Shown piece by piece: positions 20,301 to 28,460 of a stretch of 64,000 nt of DNA. Made by a program: the position numbers and the translations under genes. Where the stretch lies: NCBI GenBank assembly GCA_963702425.1, contig CAVPCQ010000012.1, positions 32,001 to 96,000 on the forward strand, read 5' to 3'. The notes under the pieces were generated by a model. The model was not told where the DNA came from and did no database searches. It saw only the letters and a list, made by a program, of their open reading frames with translations. The first letter of the stretch is position 1, and each line of letters starts with the position of its first letter. The DNA comes from an uncultured Acidobacteriota bacterium. GTDB taxonomy: Bacteria > Acidobacteriota > Polarisedimenticolia > J045.

Positions 20301-23300
20301 TCGGCCGGATAGAGGAAGCCCTGCAGGTCGAAGTCGAGCTCGTCCCGAAGGTACTCGAGCCCCTCGTCGACCACGTCGCGGAATACCGCTTCGGTCTCGT
20401 ACAGCTCGCGGCCCATGTCCATGTGTTGATGGCCGTGGCCCGGGAACATGAACACGACGGACGGTGCGCGCTCCGGCGCGTGCCTGGTCCAGACCCGCTC
20501 GGCGGCACCGCCGCGCAGCGCTTGAACGGCTTCGCTCGCGTCGCGGCAGAGCACCGCCCGCCGATGCCGGAACTCCCCGCGCCCGACCTGCAGCGTATAC
20601 GCCACGTCGGCCAGGTTCAGGTCGCTATGTCCTTCGAGATGGCTGGCGAGGCTCGTCGCGGCCACGTCGAGAGCCTCTCGGCTCTTGGCCGACAGCATCA
20701 ACAGTTGGCACGGCCTCGACGGCCCCGTCGCGTCCAGCGCCGGCGCCTCTTCCAGGATCGCGTGGGCGTTCGTGCCGCCCAAGCCGAACGCACTGACGCC
20801 CGCCCGACGCGGCACGCCGGAGGGCGTCGTCCAGTCCCGAAGCTCTGACACCACGTAGAACGGGCTGTCGTCGAAGTCGATATTCGGATTCGGGTTATCG
20901 AAGTGCAGGCTCGGCGGCAGCTGGCCATGTTCCATCGCAAGGACCGTCTTGATCAGCCCCGCCACGCCCGCGGCTTCGCTGAGGTGTCCCATGTTCGACT
21001 TCAGGGAACCCAGGCCGCAGAACGCGCGTTTCGCGGTCCGCTCGCGGAAGACCTTCGTCAGAGCGGCGACCTCAATCGGGTCCCCCAGGGCTGTCGCCGT
21101 GCCGTGAGCCTCGACATAGGAGATGGACTCCGGATCGACTCCTGCGGACGCCTGGGCCAGCGCGATCACCGCGGCCTGGCCTTCGACGCTGGGGGCGGTG
21201 AAACCGACCTTGGCCGAACCGTCGTTGTTGACCGCGGTCCCGCGAATGACGGCGTGGATCTGGTCACCGTCGGCCAGCGCGTCCTCCAGCCGTTTGAGCG
21301 CGACGACGGCAGAGCCGCTGCTGGCCACAGTCCCGTCAGCGCGGGCGTCGAACGTCCGATTGTGTCCGTCGGCGGACAGAATCCCGCCGGGTTCGTACAC
21401 GACACCGTTCACAACGGGAACCCCGATGCAGACGCCGCCGGCCAAGGCGATGTCGCAGCCATGATCCAGAAGTGATCGGCACGCTTCGTGAACCGCTACC
21501 AGGCTGGTTGAGCATGCGGTCTGAACGGTCATGCTCGGCCCGCGCAGGTTGAGATCGTACGACACGCGCGTCGCGAGATAGTCCTTGTCGACGGATAACG
21601 AGGACTGCATGCCCCCGGCCGACGACATGAGTTCGGGCTGGGACTGCAGGTTCATCACGTACGAGCTCGTGTTCATCCCTGCATAGACCGCGATCATCCC
21701 CTCGTACCGACCCGGATCGTAGCCGGCGCGCTCGAGGACCTCCCAAGAGCATTCCAGGAAGACCCGCTGCTGGGGGTCCATCAGCTCGGCCTCCCGGGGG
21801 GAGTACCCGAAGAACCGGGCGTCGAAGAGATCGATGTCGTCCAGGACGGCCCGCGTCCTGACGAATCTCGGGTGCGTCACGAGGTGCTCCGGTAGTCCGG
21901 CCGCCCTCAACTCCTCGTCCGTGAATGACCGTACGCACTCCACTCCGTCCCTGAGATTCTCCCAGAACCTCTCGACGTCCGCGGCACCGGGAAAGCGGCC
22001 CGCCATCGCGATCACCGCGACCGCGTTGCCGTGAGCCGCTCCGCGCCGGGCGAGCCGGGACTTGGCGCTCGTGTGTAGTCCGGGAGCCGTGTCCCGCTTC
22101 CCGCTCAGGTGGTTCGCGAGCCCCTCCACGGTGGGATACTCGAAGAGGTCGGTGACCGGCAGATCCCTCCCCAACTCCTCGACCAGCCGCCGGTGGACCT
22201 GCAGCAGACGCAGCGAATGCCCCCCCAGGTCGAAGAAGTTGTCCCGGGCCCCAACGGATTCGACGCCGAGCACGCTACGCCAGATCGCTGCAATCTTCTC
22301 TTCGATCTCGCTCCGCGGGGCGACGTACGCTTGCTCCGACGGTCGGCCCACGACGGGTGCGGGAAGCGCGCGGCGGTCGACCTTCCCATTCGGGGTGAGC
22401 GGCAGCGCGTCGAGAATCACGAACGCCGACGGCACCATGTACTCGGGAAGCCGACGCCGCAGGAACTCCCGAAGCCGCGCCGGAGTTGCTTCTCCGCGGG
22501 CACGCTCCACCACGTACGCGACCAGGTGGCGCCCGTCTCCTTCACCGCACACCATCGCGGCGGCTTGCTCGATGTCCGGTTGCTCGACGAGCACCGACTC
22601 GATTTCGCCGAGTTCGATCCGGAAGCCGCGCAACTTGACCTGATGGTCGATCCGGCCCATGAACTCGATGTTGCCGTCGGCTCGGTAGCGAGCGAGGTCC
22701 CCTGTTCTGTACAGCCGCGCATCCGGCTCGCTACGGAAGGGATCGGGCACGAACTTCTCGGCTGTCTGCTCGGGGCGGCTCAGATATCCCCGCGCGACGC
22801 CCTCTCCTCCGATGTAGAGCTCCCCCGGAATGCCGATGGGGACGGGTTGTTGTTGCGGGTCCAGAATGTAGACCTGGGTGTTGGCGTTCGGCCTCCCGAC
22901 CGGAGGCCCCCAGGGAAAGCGCTCGCGCTCGCTCAGACGCACTCGATGGCTCACGACCCCGACGGTCGTCTCGGTCGGGCCGTATTCATTCACGATCGCG
23001 CACGATCGCGAAAGGTGCTGCACCCGCTCCACCAGTGCCCACGAGCAGATTTCCCCACCGACAACGAGCATTCGCCTCGGCAGGACGTCCGCGGGGTTGG
23101 CCGCAGCAGCAAGCAGGGCTTCGAGATGCGACGGCACGATCTTCACGCAGTCGACTGCCTTTGCCTTCATGTATTCCGCAAACGCGCCGCCGTTCCTTAT
23201 GCGTTCCTCGGACATCACGTGGAGACACCCGCCGCTGCAGAGCGCGCCGAAGATCGGCGTATTGCCAAGATCTGCCGCCAGGGTGGAGACCGTCGCGAAG

Positions 23301-26300
23301 TGGGCACCCTGCGGGAGCTTCAACAGATCGAGGACGCCCAGGGTGTAGTTCAGGAGCTGCCGGTGCTCGATCTGCACACCCTTGGGCCGTCCCGTCGAGC
23401 CGGAGGTGTAGATGACGTAGGCCAGATTGTCTGGGTCGACGCCGCTTCCGGGATTGGCCTCGCTCTCCTTATCGATGTCACTGCCGTCTCGGTCCAGGCA
23501 GATGACCTCGGCCGCGTGCTCCGGGAGATTGTCGAGGTGATCGCGCCCGGTGATCAGCACCCTCACTGCGGTGTCTTCCAGCACGAATGCGATCCGGTCG
23601 GCGGGCTCCGTCAGATCAAGGGGCACGTAAGCGCCGCCAGCCTTGAGGACACCAAGGAGCCCCACCACCATGTCCAAGGAGCGCTCCACGAAGATGCCCA
23701 CGAGTACCTCGGGGCCTACCCCGCGTTTCCTCAGGTAGTGGGCGAGCTGGTTGGCCCGCGCGTTGAGCTCCTGGTAGGAGAGCGTCTGGTCTTCGAACGC
23801 CACCGCCGCCGCCGCCGGCGTTCGCTCGACATGCTCCTCGAACAAGCGGTCGACCGTCTTGTCGCGGGGGTACGCCGTCCTCGTTTCGTTCCACTCGACG
23901 ATGGCCCGATCACGGTGGCCCGGGTCGAGGAGCGGAAGCTCGGAAAGCCGCGTTTCCGGGTTGCTGACGGCACCCTCGAGCAGCGTCGTCAGATGCGCCG
24001 CCATACGCTCCACGGTGGAGGCGTCGAACAGGTCAACGTTGTAGGAGAAGACCCCCCTGATTCCGGTGGGATGCTCGTGGAGATACAGTTCCAGGTCGAA
24101 ACGCGCGGTATGGGCCTCCACCGGGTAGTCCCCGATCACGACGCCCGGCAGCTGCAGCTCGATCCGAGGTACGTTCTGCATCGCGAACACCGTCTGGTAG
24201 AGCGGCGTCCGCGCCAGGTCGCGCTCCGGGTTCAACTCGTGAACCAGCCGCTCGAACGGCAGGTCCTGGTGGTCGTAGGCATCCAGCGACAGCTGCTGGA
24301 CCCGTCGCAATACTTCGGAGAACGTCGGGTTGCCTGAGAGGTCCGCACGCAACACCACGCTATTGACAAAGAAGCCGATCAGGTCTTCGATCTCCGATCT
24401 CGTACGGTTCGCGATCGGAGAACCGACGACAATATCCTCCTGGCCCGTGTAGCGCGACAGCAGCGCCTGGTACGCCGCCAGCAGGACCATTGCGACGGTG
24501 ACGCCTTCCTTGCGCGCGAGGCGCGAAACCGCATCGGACAACTCACGTGATAGTGCCAGCCGATGGGACGCGCCACGGAAGGTCTGAACCGGGGGCCGGG
24601 GACGATCGGTGGGCAGGTTCAAGACCGGGAGACCTTTGCCCAGCTTGTCCTTCCAGTACGACAGCTGGCGGTCCGCCAACTCGCCCTGCAGGCGTTCGTT
24701 CTGCCACACCGCGAAGTCTGCGTACTGCACGGTCAGTTCCGGCAGCCGGGGCGGCTCACCGGTCCGTCGCGCGCCGTACAGCGCAGCGAGGTCCCGCGCC
24801 AGCAACCCCATCGACCACCCGTCGCACACGATGTGGTGCATGCTCAACAAGAGCACGTATTCGTCGCTGCCCAGTTCGATCAGCCTCGCCCGAATCAGCG
24901 GGCCGACAGTGAGATCGAAGGCCTTGCCCGCATCCCGATCGATCAAGGCCTGGATCGCAAGGTCACGTTCGGACCGCCTGACGCTGGAAAGGTCGCTGAC
25001 CTCGAGCGTCAAGTCCACATTCTCGTCGATGACCTGGCAGGGCTGCCCATCCCGTACAACGAAGCGGGTGCGCAACGCTTCGTGCCTTCGGGTGAGGTCT
25101 CGCAGGCTTCCCTCGAGCGAATCGCGATCGAGCGTGCCGCTCAGGCGGTAGGCGCGGTGAATGTTGTACGCCCCGGCGGACCCCATCTGGTCGAGCACCC
25201 AGAGACGCTGCTGCCCGGGCGACAGCTCGAGAGTGGCGCCACGCGGCCGCGGGACGAGATCGGGAACCGATGCGCCCTCGCGGCGCAGGCGCTCGATCTC
25301 AGCGGCCAGCTTCGCGACCGTCGGCCGATCGAACAGCGCGCGCAGCGGGAGCTCGACTTTCAGAGCATCGCGTACTCGGGACACCAGCTGGGTAGCCATC
25401 AGCGAGTGACCGCCCAACTGGAAGAAATCGTCGTGGATCCCCGGGTCGTGCACTCCGAGGATTTCGGACCAGATGCCGACCAGGGCCTCCTCCAGCGGGC
25501 CGCGCGGCGCGACGTAGTGATCCCGCATTTCGAGCGGCGCGTACTCGGCCGCCTCGAGGGCCTTGCGATGGACCTTGCCGCTGGGCGTCAGCGGAACCTC
25601 GGACACCACGGAGAACGCCGCGGGAATCATGTATTCGGGAACGCGCTCGGCCAGGAACTGCCGGAGCTCCCCGGCAGTAATGACCCGGCTCGGCTGCGGC
25701 AGAATGTACGCGACCAGGCGGCGATCTCCGGGGCGGTCCTCGCGGATGACCGCAACGGCCTGCCGCACGTCCGGATGTTCGGAGAGCCGCGACTCTACCT
25801 CGCCCAGTTCGACGCGGAAGCCACGCAGCTTGACTTGGTCGTCGATCCGTCCGAGGAACCGGATCTCTCCGTCCGACTCGAAGCTCGTCAGATCACCCGT
25901 GCGGTACATGCGCGCATCTTCGTCGTCGGCGAACGGGTCGCGCACGAACCTCCTGGCCGTCAGGTCATCGTCGTACAGGTAGCCGCGCGCCAGGGCCTTG
26001 CCGCCGATGTAGAGTTCCCCCGGAACTCCCACCGGTACCGGCTGAAGCCGATTGTCGAGGATGTAGAGCCGTACGTTCGAGATCGGCCGTCCGATCCCGG
26101 GGAGGAGGGGCCACTCGCGCGGGTTGCCCGACAATCTCAGCGCCGACACCACGTGGCACTCCGTAGGCCCGTACTGGTTGTCGAGAGTGCTGCCGGGAAT
26201 CCGCTCAAAGAACGCCGCTACGGCAGGCGTGATCTGCAACTGCTCGCCCGCCGTGATCACCTCGGACAGCTGCTCCGGAACGCGACCGGCCTTGATCGCG

Positions 26301-28459
26301 ACCTCGCAGAGGTGCTGGAGTGCGACATACGGCATGAACGCGCGCTCCACGCACTCGGATCGGATCAACTCGAGCAGGGCCTCCGGATCGAGCCGTTCGT
26401 CCTCGGTTGCCAGCACCAGCGTGCCGCCGGAGCCCAGCGTGGCGAACACCTCCTGGCAGGAGACGTCGAAGCTGAACGGCGCGAAGTGAAGCGTCCGGCT
26501 TCCCCGACCGACGGCGGAACGCTGGAACTGCCAGTGCATGAGATTGACCAGCGGGGCGTGCGGCATGGCGACCCCTTTCGGTCGCCCGGTCGAACCCGAT
26601 GTGTACAACAGGTAGGCGAGGTGCTCCGGACGCACGCCTGACGCGGGGCGTTCCGACGAGCACGACGCGATCGCGCCGGCGTCGAGGTCGAGTCGCACCA
26701 CCGTCGGCGTACCGTCGTCCCCCTCCGGGAATTGCAAGCCGCCGCCCGGACCTTCGCGAGTGATGACCACTGCGGCTCTCGCGTTCTGCAGCAGGTACGC
26801 CAGGCGGTCGGCCGGGTAGGCGGGATCGAGCGGAAGGTAGGCGCCGCCGGCCTTCAGGACTGCCAGGATGGCCGTCACCATCTCCGGGGAACGAGCGAGG
26901 CATAGCGCCACCGGTACGTCCGGACCGACACCAAGTCCCCGAAGGTGTGCTGCGAGCCGGTTGGCTTCGACGTCCAGTTGGCGGTAGGTGAGTCGGGCGT
27001 CGCCGGCGATCAGGGCCAGATCGTCGGGATGCTCGTCCACGCAACGTTCGAAGAGCTGGTGAAGGCAGGCGTCGGTCGGATAGTCCTTCTCCGTCCGGTT
27101 CCACTCGACGACGACGCGCCCGCGCTCTTCGCCATCGAGCAGGTTGATGTCGGAGAGCCGCGCGTTGGGATCAGCTGCCATTTGCACGAGGACGCGGCGC
27201 AGGTGTCCGAGCAGACGCCGTACCGTGTCGCCCTCGAACCGCGCGGCGTCGTACGTTACCGCCAACCGCAGTTCGTCCGTGGGGACCACCAACAGCATCA
27301 GCGGATACCCGATGCGCGACGGCATCGGCCTCATCCGCATGGTAAGGCTCGACCCCGCTCGCACGTCGGCACCGGTAACCGGCTGGTTCTCGAACACGTA
27401 CACGCTCTCGAACAGCGGCGTGCCGGGGGCCACCGCGGCCCAGCGCTGCACCTCCCACAACGGGCTGTACTCGTACTGTCTCTGCTCGGCGAGATCACCC
27501 TGTATCGACTTCAACCAGGTCCCGATGGTCGCCTCGGGCGGAAGGGACGCCCGGAACGGCAGCGTGTTGACGAACATCCCGACCATCGTGTCGGCCCCGG
27601 GGATGTCGTCGGGCCTGCACGACACCACCACGCCGAAGACAACATCGTCTTCTCCGCTGTATCGCCCCAACAGGAGCGACCATGCGGCCTGGACGACGAT
27701 ATTCGGCGTCACCCGGCTTTCCGACGCGAGGCGCCTGATGGCCGCGGTCTGCTCGACAGTCAGGTTGAGGTGATCCTCGCGGTAGTCCACGACCGCGGGC
27801 CCGGTCGAGCCGCCACGGTCCGCGGCGAGCACCGTGGGTTGCGTGAATCCGGCCAGCCGTGCGCGCCAGTACGCCTCGGCCCGCGACAGATCCTGGCCTT
27901 GCAACCACTGGATGTAGTCGCGGAACGGGCGCACGGGGACCAGTTCAGGCTCGACGCCGTTGCGAAGCGCGTCGTAGGTTCTCACGACATCGCGCAGCAC
28001 CAGCGGGCCGCTCCAGCCATCCAGCGCGATGTGGTGCAGCGTCCACACCAACTCCCCCGCACTTTCGCCGGTGCGCAGGAACGTCAGGCGGATCAGCGTC
28101 GGCTCGTCCAGCCGGAAACTCCGTTCCCGATCCTGTCGCAGAAACTCCGCGATCCACGACTCCTGCTGGTCCGCCGACATCGACCGGCCGTCGTACTCGG
28201 TCCAGGGCAGGTCGACATGCTTCCGGACCACCTGCACCGGCTCCTTGCGCCCGGTGCCTACCACGGACGTACGCAGCGCGGCGTGTCGGGCCACGATTCG
28301 TTCCCACGCCTGCCGGAACGTGTCGACGTCGACGCCCGAGATCTGGATCCGCGTCTGCTCGACGTACACACCCAGGCCCGGTTCGGCCAGGCTGTGGAAC
28401 ATCATGCCCTTCTGCATCGGGGACAGCGGGTAGATATCCTCGATGTTCCTTGGCGCCAT
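17396..28459 (-). CDS. Hybrid NRPS/PKS (3rd subunit): C(DCL-type)-A(Pro)-PCP-C-A(Asn)-PCP-KS-AT-KR-ACP
   Basis: Starts 'IEDIYPLSPMQKGM', typical of a C domain after an E domain; A codes DVQFIAQVVK (Pro-type) and DLTKVGEVGK (Asn); KS VQTACSTS; AT GHSLG; KR YSAAN; ACP GGSSL; C-terminal 'REEGTL' docking peptide. Confidence 0.95.
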   Translation of the reverse strand: MAPRNIEDIYPLSPMQKGMMFHSLAEPGLGVYVEQTRIQISGVDVDTFRQAWERIVARHAALRTSVVGTGRKEPVQVVRKHVDLPWTEYDGRSMSADQQESWIAEFLRQDRERSFRLDEPTLIRLTFLRTGESAGELVWTLHHIALDGWSGPLVLRDVVRTYDALRNGVEPELVPVRPFRDYIQWLQGQDLSRAEAYWRARLAGFTQPTVLAADRGGSTGPAVVDYREDHLNLTVEQTAAIRRLASESRVTPNIVVQAAWSLLLGRYSGEDDVVFGVVVSCRPDDIPGADTMVGMFVNTLPFRASLPPEATIGTWLKSIQGDLAEQRQYEYSPLWEVQRWAAVAPGTPLFESVYVFENQPVTGADVRAGSSLTMRMRPMPSRIGYPLMLLVVPTDELRLAVTYDAARFEGDTVRRLLGHLRRVLVQMAADPNARLSDINLLDGEERGRVVVEWNRTEKDYPTDACLHQLFERCVDEHPDDLALIAGDARLTYRQLDVEANRLAAHLRGLGVGPDVPVALCLARSPEMVTAILAVLKAGGAYLPLDPAYPADRLAYLLQNARAAVVITREGPGGGLQFPEGDDGTPTVVRLDLDAGAIASCSSERPASGVRPEHLAYLLYTSGSTGRPKGVAMPHAPLVNLMHWQFQRSAVGRGSRTLHFAPFSFDVSCQEVFATLGSGGTLVLATEDERLDPEALLELIRSECVERAFMPYVALQHLCEVAIKAGRVPEQLSEVITAGEQLQITPAVAAFFERIPGSTLDNQYGPTECHVVSALRLSGNPREWPLLPGIGRPISNVRLYILDNRLQPVPVGVPGELYIGGKALARGYLYDDDLTARRFVRDPFADDEDARMYRTGDLTSFESDGEIRFLGRIDDQVKLRGFRVELGEVESRLSEHPDVRQAVAVIREDRPGDRRLVAYILPQPSRVITAGELRQFLAERVPEYMIPAAFSVVSEVPLTPSGKVHRKALEAAEYAPLEMRDHYVAPRGPLEEALVGIWSEILGVHDPGIHDDFFQLGGHSLMATQLVSRVRDALKVELPLRALFDRPTVAKLAAEIERLRREGASVPDLVPRPRGATLELSPGQQRLWVLDQMGSAGAYNIHRAYRLSGTLDRDSLEGSLRDLTRRHEALRTRFVVRDGQPCQVIDENVDLTLEVSDLSSVRRSERDLAIQALIDRDAGKAFDLTVGPLIRARLIELGSDEYVLLLSMHHIVCDGWSMGLLARDLAALYGARRTGEPPRLPELTVQYADFAVWQNERLQGELADRQLSYWKDKLGKGLPVLNLPTDRPRPPVQTFRGASHRLALSRELSDAVSRLARKEGVTVAMVLLAAYQALLSRYTGQEDIVVGSPIANRTRSEIEDLIGFFVNSVVLRADLSGNPTFSEVLRRVQQLSLDAYDHQDLPFERLVHELNPERDLARTPLYQTVFAMQNVPRIELQLPGVVIGDYPVEAHTARFDLELYLHEHPTGIRGVFSYNVDLFDASTVERMAAHLTTLLEGAVSNPETRLSELPLLDPGHRDRAIVEWNETRTAYPRDKTVDRLFEEHVERTPAAAAVAFEDQTLSYQELNARANQLAHYLRKRGVGPEVLVGIFVERSLDMVVGLLGVLKAGGAYVPLDLTEPADRIAFVLEDTAVRVLITGRDHLDNLPEHAAEVICLDRDGSDIDKESEANPGSGVDPDNLAYVIYTSGSTGRPKGVQIEHRQLLNYTLGVLDLLKLPQGAHFATVSTLAADLGNTPIFGALCSGGCLHVMSEERIRNGGAFAEYMKAKAVDCVKIVPSHLEALLAAAANPADVLPRRMLVVGGEICSWALVERVQHLSRSCAIVNEYGPTETTVGVVSHRVRLSERERFPWGPPVGRPNANTQVYILDPQQQPVPIGIPGELYIGGEGVARGYLSRPEQTAEKFVPDPFRSEPDARLYRTGDLARYRADGNIEFMGRIDHQVKLRGFRIELGEIESVLVEQPDIEQAAAMVCGEGDGRHLVAYVVERARGEATPARLREFLRRRLPEYMVPSAFVILDALPLTPNGKVDRRALPAPVVGRPSEQAYVAPRSEIEEKIAAIWRSVLGVESVGARDNFFDLGGHSLRLLQVHRRLVEELGRDLPVTDLFEYPTVEGLANHLSGKRDTAPGLHTSAKSRLARRGAAHGNAVAVIAMAGRFPGAADVERFWENLRDGVECVRSFTDEELRAAGLPEHLVTHPRFVRTRAVLDDIDLFDARFFGYSPREAELMDPQQRVFLECSWEVLERAGYDPGRYEGMIAVYAGMNTSSYVMNLQSQPELMSSAGGMQSSLSVDKDYLATRVSYDLNLRGPSMTVQTACSTSLVAVHEACRSLLDHGCDIALAGGVCIGVPVVNGVVYEPGGILSADGHNRTFDARADGTVASSGSAVVALKRLEDALADGDQIHAVIRGTAVNNDGSAKVGFTAPSVEGQAAVIALAQASAGVDPESISYVEAHGTATALGDPIEVAALTKVFRERTAKRAFCGLGSLKSNMGHLSEAAGVAGLIKTVLAMEHGQLPPSLHFDNPNPNIDFDDSPFYVVSELRDWTTPSGVPRRAGVSAFGLGGTNAHAILEEAPALDATGPSRPCQLLMLSAKSREALDVAATSLASHLEGHSDLNLADVAYTLQVGRGEFRHRRAVLCRDASEAVQALRGGAAERVWTRHAPERAPSVVFMFPGHGHQHMDMGRELYETEAVFRDVVDEGLEYLRDELDFDLQGFLYPAEADSADPAAVLDRPTIFQPALFLVDYAMAKLWQSWGVEPVACIGHSLGEYVAACVSGVLSYRDALRIVSLRGRLMEKSPDGAMLSIPFDEDHVRALLENEEGIWLSAVNAPSLCLVSGDPTRIAVFEERLTRDGVECSRVAATHAYHSGLMEGGVRPLVDAVGKAALGSLGIPFMSNLTGDWITESEARSPEYWGLHLREPVRFAEGMERILKMPDQILLEIGPGQIMTSLARMHDACDPGRVLISSMRHPKAEVSDAAVVMGAVARLWTAGGRLSWPGFYRDESRRRVTLPTYPFQRQRFWIDRVRKPVERVAGSLGPRRNIADWYYTRFWRRTSLSEGGPSTASDRGAEARCVVFGDGSDFARRCVERLKADGRQVFEVTTGARYERTGDRITLDPRSQADYQRLVGDLARDDGCPGLAVHLWGTTPAPASLRQEDALVDEVQYRGYFSLFFLVRALADAEASNGLRIFAVTEGVHDVTGAESICAEKATVLGAVRVIDHEFTKVSCRNVDFSADDLQRRAPDAVDALIREIDGAAADTDSDAVVAYRNGRRWVESFSPVRLVEPKGDSTARLRERGTYLVTGGLTGVGLVLANCLAEWCHANLVLVGRTPLPDRSEWAEYLRGDGNDESVSRRIRAVQSLEASGAQVMACAADVSDPVEMQKVLKDARTHFGPIHGVVHAAGVTAGGLMAIQSPDRPWFSFGPKLMGARVLERSLSQERLDFFVVCSSLNTVIGVPGVADYSAANAYLDAFARCHAASTGRFCVSVNWSRWREVGMAVEAAGAPLPEGQGISNQEGGEVFRRILRGAEEPNVLVSETDLPLLLRSARSQRYQLPAGSESTDKQERETAEAPSGRHLYPRPELPTDFVPPETQTELALAEIWSAVLGIDGIGVNDNFLELGGSSLVAIKVLSRVRETLKVELQLHKLFLMLTIGELAKHIDGLMWAKEGQSCATVGESESREEGTL
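17600..22440 (-). repeat. Duplicated PCP-KS-AT-KR-ACP block, copy A (partner ~4990-9800)
   Basis: Near-identical protein and DNA to copy B through KS, AT and KR. Confidence 0.9.
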
Positions 28460-28460
28460 G

